Positions 53,801 to 62,349 of a stretch of DNA of 64,000 nucleotides are shown here, in pieces. Position numbers and translations under genes: made by a program. Below the pieces are notes generated by a model, which was not told the DNA's origin, searched no databases, and saw nothing but the letters and a program-made list of their open reading frames with translations. How positions within the stretch are numbered: position 1 is the first letter of the stretch; the number at the start of each line of letters is the position of its first letter. Source of the stretch: Lama glama (lineage: Eukaryota); assembly GCA_028534125.1 (NCBI GenBank), contig CM052817.1:39744001-39808000 (forward strand), read 5' to 3'.

Positions 53801-55939
53801 CTAAGAGCAACTATCAGGCCTCTCTTCTTGACATCTCTTTAGCTGTACCCAGTGTGCCCTGACTCACTTAAGCAAGGATACAGGACTCAGCACCTGGAGG
53901 ACAGAGTGTGCGATTTACTTCCAGATATTCTCACCTGGGATATAAATTCCAAAAGACATTGCTCTATTGGGGGGGGCGGTGTACAGCTTAAGTGGTAGAG
54001 TGCATGCTTAGCATATACAAGGTCCTGGGTTCGATTCCCAGTACCTCCTCTAAAATAAATCAATAAACGTGATTACTTCCCCCTCCCAAAACAAAAAACA
54101 AAAAACAAAAAAAACCCCAAAAGACATTGCTGTATGGGAGAACAGTTCAGTCATTCCAGAATTCTAAGAAAGAGTGAACACCAGCTGAAGAGAATCATCT
54201 GCTCCGGGCAGAGTGTTCTGAAGACGATCTAAGGATCTAAACAATAAGAGGCAGCTAAGCAGTGAGACCAAGTTCAGAGTGTTAGTGTTATGTCCATAAG
54301 AAAGGTGTAAAGCTGTGAGGTATCTCCCAAGCAGAAACAACAGGGCTTTTAAAACGAGAGCTGAGAGCGAAGAATCAAATATAACTTCAAAGACTAGACA
54401 GAAAAACAGCCACAAAGAGAAAGCACAGCAAAGATACGGGGTGAAACAGGCGGTGGGCTGGTGGAGGAGGTTGGCAGGAGGCTAGCTAGTGGGAGGTCAG
54501 CAGCGAATCTCCAGGTAGGAGATAAACAGATGAGAGATGCATACCTGGGAGCCACCCTTCCAGCTGAGGGAGGAGAGCAAATCAAGCCAAACCCTGGGGC
54601 AGACCGAGAATAAGGGCACAGAAAGGAAAACCCGTATTAGAAGGTCCTGTGGTAACTAGAGAAACAAAGAGGCCAGAATCTAAGTAATAATACTATTCTT
54701 TTAATACCAGCAAACGCATGTATAGCACCTAACACGTACAGGTACCATTCTAAGATACTTGACATATTTTAATTCACTTAAACTGCCCTTTGGAAATAAT
54801 GTTATCGTTCCTCCTGTTTTATAGATGAAGAAAATGAAACACAAGAAGTAGGCGACTTCCCATAAAGTCATATATTGAGAAGCAGAGTTGGGATTTTGGT
54901 CCCAAATCAAAGTAAATCCGTACCCAGAGTCTACTATTAACCACCAGCTAGAGGCCCTCTCTCCAGTTAAGGCTCCTGTCTCCACCACCTAATTCAAGCA
55001 AATCACGGAGCTTCTGAGTTTGTTTCCTTACTTGTAAAGGGGGATAACACTTGTTCTCCCTAGCTTCCAAGGCTTCGGGGAGCATCTGATGAGAGAGAGA
55101 GTCAAGAGGGAAACCTCTAGGATTTCATAAAGTCCTGTATTAAGGGTAAACTGAAGTTGTCCGCCACCAGGCCCACTTCCATCTTACACCTTTCTTTGCA
55201 AAATGTGAAAACGAGTGTAGGGAGAGCAAAGGTCAAAGATTATAGACTTTCAACGACATTTCAAGTACCATTGGTTAGATAAAATTCCCATGACTGTTAA
55301 AATATAATCAGGTTTCTTTCTACCAAGCAGCAATTGGTTTCTTATCTTGAGCATAAACTGGAACGATGCCTTTCTGGACAAGATGCCTTAGTCCACCAAA
55401 GGACCTCTGAAACTGGGGCTATAAAAACTAAGGAGAGTGACAAGACAGCAGTCCTGTATAATGGATTTAAAGAAAGCTGGTGATAGAAAAAGCAGTAGCA
55501 CTGTTACTCTAATCAGTAAAAATCAGAGTAAGAATGACAGTAGGGATGGGGGTAGTTCTGCCCTCAACCAGAGGAACATCAGGGTGGTCTAATGGTCTCA
55601 GTCCGCATCCTTCCAGCTCTGCGTGCGGAAGAAGCCGGAATACAGCGGCGGTTAAAATGCACACACCCCCGGACCACTGACCTCCCTAACTGGTCTCCTG
55701 GCGTCTACTCGGCTCTCAGCGCTACCCTTGGCTCCCCCACCCCGGATTCTCCCTAAAACCCTCCGAGGAGGGAGCGCCGCATCCCTCCATGCACTCACCT
55801 CTAAAGTTTTCACTAGGATCTTCATGTAGATCTGGGAGATGCCCAGCGACACCCCAAAGGCCGAAGGCAGGAGTATGAAGCCGAGCACCAGAGTCATCCA
55901 GGTGTAAAGGATCTTCCCGGCCAGCTCTGAGCCATCCAT
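3941..55939 (-). CDS. GPAT3: GPAT3/AGPAT9, spliced CDS, exons 1-11 (3'-partial; last coding exon outside window)
   Basis: Eleven GT-AG exons (141+67+271+75+90+94+116+56+86+129+80=1205 nt) join in one open frame, [14 protein letters not shown]...[11 protein letters not shown]...WFERSE...LIFPEGTC...GGLTELP(W). This matches mammalian GPAT3 as recalled. Confidence 0.97.
4562..4690 (-). CDS. GPAT3: GPAT3 exon 10 (129 nt): [43 protein letters not shown]
   Basis: Within ORF 4547..4777; acceptor ctcttttctcag|, donor GAG|gtattc. Confidence 0.97.
5206..5291 (-). CDS. GPAT3: GPAT3 exon 9 (86 nt): [28 protein letters not shown]
   Basis: Acceptor cccctccag|, donor AAG|gtaaaa; motif IV (IHPVAI). Confidence 0.96.
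5811..5866 (-). CDS. GPAT3: GPAT3 exon 8 (56 nt): [18 protein letters not shown](G)
   Basis: Acceptor ttcttcacag|, donor G|gtaaga; FPEGT motif III spans exons 8 and 9. Confidence 0.96.
7030..7145 (-). CDS. GPAT3: GPAT3 exon 7 (116 nt): [38 protein letters not shown](R)
   Basis: Acceptor ttcttctag|, donor AG|gtaagc; WFER motif II. Confidence 0.97.
7420..8750 (+). mobile_element. Old, degenerate L1 (L1M-type) ORF2-end/3' UTR remnant
   Basis: gaaatgcaaattaaaactaca and ccacttctaggaatctaccc L1 signatures; ORF 7487 ends [13 protein letters not shown]. Confidence 0.65.
8955..9230 (+). mobile_element. L1 3' UTR fragment(s)
   Basis: gtacaaacttccagttataaaataagtaagtcatgagatgtaatg... followed by an A tail. 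Confidence 0.75.
9251..10286 (-). mobile_element. 5'-truncated young LINE-1 (~1 kb) with a nested short L1 tail
   Basis: ORFs 9776..10036 and 10102..10320 translate as L1 ORF2 C-terminus ([27 protein letters not shown]); TSD-like TAAA(T/C)CCAACT. Confidence 0.9.
11292..11580 (+). mobile_element. L1 3' end interrupted by a SINE
   Basis: gggattaagagatacaaactactatgt...ctcaataaaaa. Confidence 0.8.
11421..11509 (+). mobile_element. Vic-1-like SINE (short form) nested in L1
   Basis: tRNA-Ala-like head with A/B boxes and an A tail. Confidence 0.88.
12256..13667 (+). mobile_element. 5'-truncated LINE-1 (~1.4 kb, ORF2 C-terminus + 3' UTR + polyA)
   Basis: ORFs include [10 protein letters not shown] and [22 protein letters not shown](G/A)TCAA (12244-12255 / 13668-13679). 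Confidence 0.92.
13935..14028 (-). CDS. GPAT3: GPAT3 exon 6 (94 nt): [31 protein letters not shown], with catalytic HxxxxD motif
   Basis: Acceptor ttgcag|, donor ATG|gtaaga; NHTSPID acyltransferase motif I. Confidence 0.97.
14482..14710. mobile_element. MER58A-like hAT MITE
   Basis: gttggcaaactttt...ggctgtattccaataaaactttatttacaaaaa...tttgctgacctctg. Confidence 0.8.
15736..15825 (-). CDS. GPAT3: GPAT3 exon 5 (90 nt): [29 protein letters not shown](K)
   Basis: End of ORF 15732..15941; acceptor ctttctttcag|, donor AA|gtgagt. Confidence 0.96.
16493..16567 (-). CDS. GPAT3: GPAT3 exon 4 (75 nt): [24 protein letters not shown](S)
   Basis: Acceptor ttctttttcag|, donor AG|gtgaaa; transmembrane-like segment. 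Confidence 0.95.
16704..17896 (+). mobile_element. ERV1-class LTR (TG...CA) split by the assembly gap; ~494 bp if the duplicated flank is collapsed
   Basis: 4-bp TSD CATT (16700-16703 / 17897-17900); TATA-like tatatat ~17759; AATAAA ~17847. Confidence 0.8.
16920..17419. other. Assembly gap (500 N)
   Basis: Run of n; flanks 16721-16919 and 17420-17618 appear identical. Confidence 0.99.
18097..18390 (+). mobile_element. Vic-1-like SINE with expanded microsatellite tail
   Basis: tRNA-Ala-like head at 18097-18172, then a compound STR. Confidence 0.88.
18176..18371. repeat. Compound microsatellite (GATA)n-(GAAA)n-(GAAAA)n
   Basis: Directly visible, ~195 bp. Confidence 0.97.
21028..21298 (-). 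CDS. GPAT3: GPAT3 exon 3 (271 nt): [33 protein letters not shown]...VRYCILLPL(R)
   Basis: Overlaps ORF 20949..21272; acceptor ctttcttttaag|, donor AG|gtatgt. Confidence 0.97.
23694..24373 (-). mobile_element. 5'-truncated LINE-1 3' end inserted into older L1 sequence
   Basis: 18-bp TSD CTTAATGACTTACTTTTA (23676-23693 / 24374-24391); poly-T head. Confidence 0.9.
29270..29960 (+). mobile_element. Old L1 (L1ME-like) 3' remnant
   Basis: cagcagctttattcctaatggctaaaaactggaaataacccaagtgtc and tatacctcaat-like end. Confidence 0.65.
30090..30300 (-). mobile_element. MIR SINE
   Basis: cccatttcacagatgaggaaactaaggctcagag core. Confidence 0.8.
31345..31382 (+). pseudogene. 3'-truncated (tailless) tRNA-Val(CAC) retropseudogene, 5' half only
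   Basis: GTTTCCGTGGTGTAGTGGTTATCACGTTCGCCTCACAC matches tRNA-Val(CAC) positions 1-38 as recalled, with one mismatch; flanked by direct repeat ACTTAGGATGA (31327-31337 / 31381-31391). Confidence 0.88.
32200..35030 (+). mobile_element. Ancient, fragmented L1 ORF2 remnant carrying younger insertions
   Basis: aaaattcaaca..tcattcttga, ctaccagatattaaaaca and gaaatgcagattaagac signatures. Confidence 0.6.
32862..33020 (-). mobile_element. Vic-1-like SINE
   Basis: Reverse tRNA-Ala head, (TTTA)n, TSD AAAATTCAACA(T/G)TCATTCTT. Confidence 0.9.
35063..35187 (+). mobile_element. Vic-1-like SINE
   Basis: A/B boxes; degenerate TSD AAAGCAC...TTTTTA. Confidence 0.88.
39223..39368 (+). mobile_element. Vic-1-like SINE
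   Basis: ttagcatgcacaaggtcctgggttcaatccccagtacctcc plus A-rich tail. Confidence 0.88.
42290..42530. mobile_element. MER20-like hAT MITE
   Basis: ggattttgccccc...tctggagaca...gtgctactgtcatctagtgggtagaggcc...cccaaaatgtcagcagtactgaggtt. Confidence 0.8.
43009..43240 (-). mobile_element. Vic-1-like SINE (43009-43095) adjacent to a short L1 3' tail (43100-43240)
   Basis: Reverse SINE head followed by poly-T and L1 3' UTR sequence. Confidence 0.85.
45624..45758 (+). mobile_element. Vic-1-like SINE
   Basis: A/B boxes; TSD GAAAAGTCCTT. Confidence 0.88.
48302..48368 (-). CDS. GPAT3: GPAT3 exon 2 (67 nt): [22 protein letters not shown](G)
   Basis: Acceptor ttgaacag|TGG, donor G|gtgagt; phase-compatible with exons 1 and 3. 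Confidence 0.95.
50014..50398 (+). mobile_element. MaLR LTR (MLT1A/B-like)
   Basis: tatgggctgaatgtgtgt...taatccagtatgactggtgtccttata...aataaatgtctgtgggttaagccacccagtct. Confidence 0.85.
53202..53288 (-). mobile_element. Vic-1-like SINE
   Basis: Reverse tRNA-Ala head with poly-T. Confidence 0.85.
53969..54116 (+). mobile_element. Vic-1-like SINE
   Basis: A/B boxes; TSD CCAAAAGACATTGCT (53949-53963 / 54117-54131). Confidence 0.9.
54705..54945 (-). mobile_element. MIR SINE
   Basis: ctgttttatagatgaagaaaatgaaacacaaga core-like sequence. Confidence 0.65.
55223..55242 (+). promoter_or_regulatory. Candidate DR1 nuclear-receptor element (AGAGCA-A-AGGTCA-A-AGATTA)
   Basis: Motif match only; intron 1, ~560 bp from the exon 1 donor. 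Confidence 0.4.
55799..55939 (-). CDS. GPAT3: GPAT3 coding exon 1 (141 nt): [47 protein letters not shown]
   Basis: ATG in GCCATGG Kozak context; hydrophobic N-terminal segment; donor GAG|gtgagt. Confidence 0.97.
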
Positions 55940-56509
55940 GGCTCGGCGCACCCAGAAGGGGTCTGCGGAGGCTGTCCGACCGTGACGGCTGTCCCTGTCC
56001 CCAGGTAGTCGGGAGGCAGCTCCGGGAGCAGAGACGCGGAGCCCGGACCCTGAGAGTCAGCGCCGCCGCCTCCCGACACTCACCTCTGCAGGGAAAAGAA
56101 GAGAAGGAAAAAACTTTCAGAAGGACAGCAGTTTCCTTCCTTCCTCTTTGGGCTCCTCCTCGTCGCGGATAGTTAACTCTTTCTCCGCTGGAGGTCCAGG
56201 CCCCAGCTGAAGCCGCCGCAGCGTGCGCAGACCTGGCAGCGCCGACCTGACGACGCGGGCTCGGGATGAGCGTAGGGACACCGCGGCGTGGGCCGGGCGC
56301 ACGAGCGCGGCGGCGAAGGCGCCCCACCCTCTGCCTGATTTCCGCTGGGTGGCGGTTTCGACGACCCGGCGGTGACTCAAGGAGGCCCTCCCGGAGCGAG
56401 GATCCCTGCGGCGAAGCACGCCGCACCGCCGCACACCCGCCGCCGGCGAAACAGGCGCCTGGCCAAGGACTGCGCCGCTAGCGGGCCGCGCTCGGAAGCC
56501 CCGCGCTCT

Positions 56510-56559
56510 ACTTCTGTGCCCTGCCCTCGCCCCACTTCTGTGCCCTGCCCTCGCCCCAC
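56510..56559. repeat. 24-bp tandem duplication (ACTTCTGTGCCCTGCCCTCGCCCC x2) in the promoter
   Basis: Two perfect adjacent copies, 56510-56533 and 56534-56557. Confidence 0.92.
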
Positions 56560-57738
56560 CTCCTCCGCCACCCAACAGGGAGCTTCTAGGCGGGATCTGC
56601 ACCGAAGGCGCCGCAGCCTCCCTGGGCGGCCTCCCGCCTTCCCCGCCGCCCGCCTCCCTCAGCACCCTTAGCAGAGGTCCTTTTGGGGAAGCAAGAGTTT
56701 TCATCTGCAAAATGTTAGCATTTTCTCACTCCCCCCCCCCATTAACTATTGACGTTTGAGAAGGTCCCCTTTGGGTATAAAACGACCTCTCGGAAGGGCT
56801 TTCAAGGAGAGGGAAATGCCCAGGGCTCTGCTGAGCTGCGGTGTCCGCCGCTTCCAGGTCTCCCACACCTCCGTCCCCCGACTCCTTCCCCTCCTTCTAC
56901 GGAGCTGCGGGCGAGATCTTGCTTATCCGGAGTGGAAAGCTCACTCTCCGCGAGTCGCCTACCTCACTCAGCCGCCGTGTCCCTGGGCCAGAAATTCTTC
57001 CGCTGAGGGTCGTTCTCTTCCTGGGACAAGATTCCAACCGCAGCTCCCCCTCCCATTCACCCAATACTCTGCTCACTGAAGCCGCAGAAAAACGGCAGGC
57101 CCGCGCAAGGCTTCCCCAAGCGGACGCGCGCCTCCGGGGTGTTCAGTCCCCTGCACCGCTGCCTGGCTAGCAAAATCTTGTACGGGTATTGACTTCACTG
57201 CAGTTCATGCCTCTTAGAAACCTGATCTGTTTTTAAGATGAAGCATAATGTTGATGTTTTGTGCTAAATATGTTTATTTCCAGTATTCCAGAAGTGATGT
57301 TGAGACCGGAGTAGACAAGAAAATCAGGCTCCGCAGTGTTTCCAGATTCCCCAGGGCTTCAGGTGTTATTTCCAGCTGACAAAACTGGAAGGGCAAGAAA
57401 ATGGAATTGAAAGAATATTGGTAACAAATCCTGCAAAGTAGGCTGCCCCTGGCCAGGGTGTGGAAAAAATGGGAAGCGGAAGGGAGGAGAAGACCCCCTG
57501 CAAAGAATGTTTGTTCTCTGCACCTCCTGCCAGGCAGGTATCACAACCCCCTCCCTCACTAAGAAGGGAAACAAAACCTATTACTTGGTCCTGAAAACCA
57601 AGTTCTGGATGAAGTTTCAGGTGCTCAGCTTCTCAAAATTAAACCTCTGGTCTGCCATTTTATGAAAACACAGATGCCAAAATCTTCCCAAAGCCCTTGT
57701 TAGAAATAAACATTTAGCACAAAACATCAAGGATTATA

Positions 57739-58374
57739 TGAGACAGGAAGGGGGCAGGGCACAGCCATTCAAGGAATGATACAGCAATTAACATCAAAAT
57801 GGTAGAAGATTCAACCCCCAGTAGGCCCTGAGGCTCGAGATGGTGGGAAATTTGACTTCTAGCAGATCTTGAGCTTCATTATAGGCCCAATGTAATATAT
57901 TAAAACAGTAAATAACATGCCCACAGGCACCATGGCAGTCCCAAGGCTAGCTACAAAAGGTCAAAGAGTGGGAAATGGCCAACTTCCTGGGAATCCCAGC
58001 CGCTTCCCCAGGCTAGTTAGACTGGTCCTTCCACTTATTAGCATATGAAGCCACCAAGCCCATAAAAATTGGCAACACAGTGCCTCATGGCCACCCACCC
58101 TCTCTCTCTCCCTCTTCAGAGATGGCACTGCACACCGTTTATGGAGTGTGTACCTACTTTTAATCTGAGCACCCAACCCCTACACCTCTTGGCCTTTCTC
58201 TTGCCTTTCAATGTATCTCTCTGAATAAATCTACCTTTACTTCACTGTGGCTCACTCTTCAGTTCTTTCCTGAGCGAAGCCAAGGGCCCACACTTGGCGG
58301 GGCACGTCCCAGGGGCTCAACCGAAGCCTGGGACACAGCCTTCCTCACGTCCCACATCCATTTTTCCTGCATCA
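57739..58374 (+). mobile_element. ERV solo LTR upstream of the promoter
   Basis: TGAGACAGGAA...TTCCTGCATCA inverted ends; cataaaa TATA-like ~58061; AATAAA ~58224; imperfect 4-bp TSD. Confidence 0.78.
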
Positions 58375-58813
58375 TATTGACTCACTTAACACTACACATT
58401 CAGCCAGAACCTACCCTCCTTTTATTTCCTCAAAGGCGGATGACTAAGGAATGCTGAATGTTTATACCACAGTTTACCCAACAAGTCCCAGTGCAGGCAA
58501 CTTCGTTTAAAGGTGGCCTTTCTCTACCCATTCAGATGGAGCAGCTAAGTGACCACAATCTTCAATGATTTTTCTCGCTCATGACCAAATTCTATGAACT
58601 GGTTTTCCTTCTTTGGTTAGATGATGATGATGATGATGGAAGAATTACTGACCCACAACAAAATAGTGTAATGGTAATAACATGGAATTTGAAGTCTTTG
58701 ACTGACTCCAACACAGACACTTATTATAAGTTTGAACAATTCATTTAGTCTTCTTTGCTCAGTTTTCTCATCAGTAAAATGGACTTTTTAGGGTCAGATA
58801 TGATGATGAGTTT

Positions 58814-59283
58814 TGTGGGGCCAACCGACATCCTTCAAGGTCTACTGACCCCTATTCCTGGGCTCTCAGATGTCTGCCTGCAATCCCTCAACAAATGGAG
58901 TACATTCTTTACTGGGTGTGTTTGCTCTGACAAACGAATAACCCTAGATAATGTCTAGACACAATAGCTCAGCCTGGCTTGTTACAGCTCACCTTATCAG
59001 AGTCATAAAACCCACAGCCCTTCACTGACCCTAAACTTCTTACCTCACCTACAACCAATCAGGGACTTGTGCACAAGCCAATCAGGCACCTTGTGACCCT
59101 ATCGTATAAAAGACTCCAACAGCCTGCCCTCAGGGCTCACACAGGCACATCTTTTCTGTGTGGCCTGCCATTGTCTATGGCAGTGTAACTATTAAACTTT
59201 TCCTTGTTCTTAAACTTTCCTTGGCCTCTGGTAAGTTCTTTTACCAACCCGCATCTCTGACCACCACGCTATGTCCCACAACA
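58814..59283 (+). mobile_element. ERV solo LTR with intact CCAAT/CCAAT/TATA
   Basis: TGTGGGG...CCCACAACA ends; flanking AGTTT repeat; CCAAT at 59055 and 59078; TATAAA at 59105; ATTAAA at ~59191. Confidence 0.78.
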
Positions 59284-59557
59284 AGTTTGAAATTGCTTTG
59301 GTAATGACAAAGCTCCGTGCATAGATGGAAGGCAGCTTGGTGCAAATAGAAAAGCTCTCCATCTTTCACCTGAAACACGGGAGCACAGACAGGCTCCGCT
59401 CTGCAGGAGAGGGAGGAGAAGAAACGGTGGGCAGCCCCAACGCTCCCTTTCATTCAGGGCACCGCTCCCCTCTCCTCACATACCTGGAGGCCCTTTCAAT
59501 TCAAACAGTAGGAAGGATCCTCCCTCTCTTCCTGCACTCAGGACTCCCTTCATTTAC

Positions 59558-59984
59558 TGTATTAGTTTCCTAGGGCTGCCAGGACAAATCACCACACACA
59601 GTGACTTAACACCACACCAATTCATCCTCTCACAGTTCTAGAGGCCAGAAGTCTGAAATCAAGGCATCAGCAGGGCCAATCTCCCTCCAAAGACTCTAGG
59701 CGTGAATCTGTCCTTGCTTCTTCCAGCTTCTGGTAGCTTCCAGCATCCTTGGGTTGTGGCAGCATCATTCACGGCCTCAGTTTTCACGTGGCCTTCTTCC
59801 CTTCTCTTCTTTTATAAAGACACTTACCCTCCTGGATTTAGGGCCCACTCCGATTCAGGATGATCTCAACTTGAGATTCTTCACTTAATTATACTTAATC
59901 TACAAAGAATGTTTTTTCCAAATTAGGCCCCATTCAAGGTTAGGATTTGGACATATCTTTGGGGAGGCTACAGTTCAACCCACA
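59558..59984 (-). mobile_element. MaLR LTR (MLT1-like)
   Basis: tgtattagtttcctagggctgcc...ctcacagttctagaggccagaagtctgaaatcaagg. Confidence 0.85.
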
Positions 59985-60138
59985 GCTCTTACCGTATCTG
60001 TGAACTAAGAAAATAACACCTACCTGGAAATGTTGTTACTGGGATTTGGGATTATATAGTTACACTTCAGTCAATATGCAGTTGTGAGTTTGTTAGGACA
60101 ATTCTGTTTTTCACCTATTGACCTGGCATATACTTTTA

Positions 60139-60211
60139 TTTTTTTTATTTTCGGGGGGGAAGTAGGCAATTAGGTTTATTTTTTATGTATTTATTTTTAG
60201 AGGAAGTACCT
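60139..60211 (-). mobile_element. 5'-truncated Vic-1-like SINE (tail only)
   Basis: 16-bp TSD CTGGCATATACTTTTA (60123-60138 / 60212-60227); reverse gtacttcctctaaaaataaa...cctaatt tail. Confidence 0.8.
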
Positions 60212-60444
60212 CTGGCATATACTTTTAATGATGCTTCCTTTCACTCTCAAAAATGTCCTAGTTTGAGCGATAAATCACATGATTCCCTTATGCTTACATA
60301 ACTTCTAAGATCCCTTCCAGTCCTAAAATATTAGACTCTTTGATAAAACTCACTGCCAAGTCCATGCTTGACCTCTTGTCAACATTTGAGGCCAAATAAA
60401 GTTGTATAGGGGAATGAAGAAAAGGGACTGATTAGCAGCTAGTC

Positions 60445-60601
60445 CAGAGTTTCTCAAACTTTAATGCGGGTAGGAATCCCTGGGGCTCCTGGGATTGAAA
60501 ATTCTTCCTAGGGCTGGAGTGGGACCTGGGATTCTGCATTTCTAATGAGCTCCCAGGTGATGCTGAGTTGCTGATGTACAGCCCACACCTTGAGTAGCAA
60601 G
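60445..60601. mobile_element. MER5A-like hAT MITE
   Basis: tttctcaaacttt...ctgcatttctaatgagctcccaggtgatgctga...ttgagtagca. Confidence 0.75.
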
Positions 60602-61408
60602 CCCTTTGAGTGTGGACAGAGAGGGGAGTTTTATATTTAACTGATAACAAAGGCTGTGGGAGTCCAGATAAGTCTCAGGGAACCAATGCAAGAAGAATTG
60701 ACTCTGAAGCCCTAGCTCCTCCTCAACTGAAAACTCCTGTTCTTTGCATCTTCATACCCCTGCTTTGACAGCAGTTGTGGACAACCGTGAACAGAAGGGT
60801 TTGGGCTAAAAAGCCTTGAGCAAACGTCAGTACTCCCATGAATAGATGCCTATGACAAGTAAGATATCACAGTTGGAGCCAAATGACCAATACTGACGTC
60901 ACTTAAGAGGGAGAGTAGAACTGAGAAACCTGGGGGTGAAACAGATTGCTGAAGCATTTCATTAAACAGAAAGGTTTTGCATTTTTTGTCTCCAGTCTCT
61001 GTGTGAGACCTCTCTTTTCTCTAATCTCACACCTCTCTTGAGCCTTCATCATACCTTGCCTTGATTTGTGTATTGGCTTCATCCTTCCACTATAAACTGC
61101 ATAATACCAGAAACCACATCATTTCTCTGTAGCCCCCTCCCATTACTCCACCCCGTCTCCACCTGCAAAGAATTTTACTTTAAGCCACACTACTACTGTT
61201 CAAAGCCAGCAGACGCCCTAATGATCACAAATTATAATCCAAATATATTGAATAGCTGAGGCTAGACCTTGAAGCACCCCAACTTTAACTCTCATCACAA
61301 TCCAAAAAAACTTTCTACTTTGTGGGCCCCTCTCAATAAATTTTACCCGACCTGACTTTATATTCCTTCACCATGCTCTCACATAAGGGTAAAAAAGGAA
61401 AATAACCT

Positions 61409-62349
61409 TTGATATTGGTTCCCACACATATTCCCTAGGTTTCTGCTGGTGTAAATTGGAAAAATCATGCGGTTCTCTTGGACCACAGTGCACCTTCTCC
61501 TGGAGGTGCCTCACAATTTGTACTTCACCTTTTGGGTCCTGTCGGGAGTTGAGTTTAGCTCCAGCTGTGGAAGCAAAGCATGATAGAGGCAGGTTCTGAG
61601 AAGGATCAGCAGTGTTTTGTGGGGCACATACTTCAAGGGAGGCCATGACAGGTTCTTTGGACAGAGGTAGAAAGCTGCTTCTCCTGGCAAAGATGACTCA
61701 GCAGAATTTAGGGGTTCATTGTCCTCAGCTTCATCAAGATCTGCCCCTCTGTGTCCCCATGCCAATCTTCAGGATCCTGTTCCTTGCCAATCAGCACCCT
61801 CACTTTCGTGTTGTAATTCAGCCACTCACAGGATGGGGTTCAGAAATCTTGGCCCATGGTGACAGGAGATGAGATTTTTCCTTCTGGAAGGATATAGAAG
61901 TTTTCAGACCATTGCTATAGAGCTCATCCTGAGAATTTGAAGCCCTGACCTAACCTTTTTCTTTTCTCTACTGCTGGAGGGCAGTTAGGAGCAACTAGCC
62001 AACTTCATGATATCCCTTAGCTTGAGTAAAGTGTCCTAGTATGACTATGCGATTATGCTTTACATCAGAAATTGACACACTGTAAAATGACTATGCTTCA
62101 ATTTTTAAAAAATGCCTAGGGTATCAAATACATAGTCACTCAAAACTTTGTCTTCTGTTGCTATTGATTAGAAGTATCCAATGGCCATATTTTGTTTATC
62201 TCTTACGTATTATGAAAAGGACTACTAGTGCCCTCTTTAGCACTGAAAATAGAAGCATTAATGCCTTAAATCTAACTAGATTAGAAAATCAACTTCAGAA
62301 AACTAATCCTTAGAATTCTGTTCTTAACCACTTCTGCTAGCAAAATTCC
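61409..62349 (-). mobile_element. ERV-L internal remnant (leader + degenerate gag)
   Basis: ORFs 61511..61765 (DLDEAEDNEPLNSAES) and 61368..61646 (KLNSRQDPKGEVQ...FSNLHQQKPREYVWE) resemble ERV-L Gag; ERVL-int-like start gaattttgctagcagaagtggtt next to the LTR. Confidence 0.75.

Larger units (their letters stand above)
55600..57170. promoter_or_regulatory. CpG island / GPAT3 promoter and 5' UTR
   Basis: Abrupt rise in GC and CpG density around and upstream of exon 1; GC-box-like motifs. Confidence 0.9.

Noticed and set aside
3749..54116. Ten tRNA-Ala(AGC)-like sequences as tRNA genes
   Set aside because: They have A-rich tails, TSDs and mutated stems, so they are tRNA-derived SINE copies rather than functional tRNAs
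55722..57170. Long Arg/Gly/Pro/Ala-rich ORFs (e.g. 234 aa, 197 aa)
   Set aside because: Expected stop-codon scarcity in a CpG island; no recognisable protein; only the exon 1 frame is supported
60887..60901. CCAAT next to a perfect CRE TGACGTCA
   Set aside because: Isolated 8-mer about 5 kb upstream; one chance hit is plausible in 64 kb and nothing else supports it
61368..61765. Possible domesticated gag gene
   Set aside because: Gag similarity is split over frames, truncated and decayed; no long intact ORF
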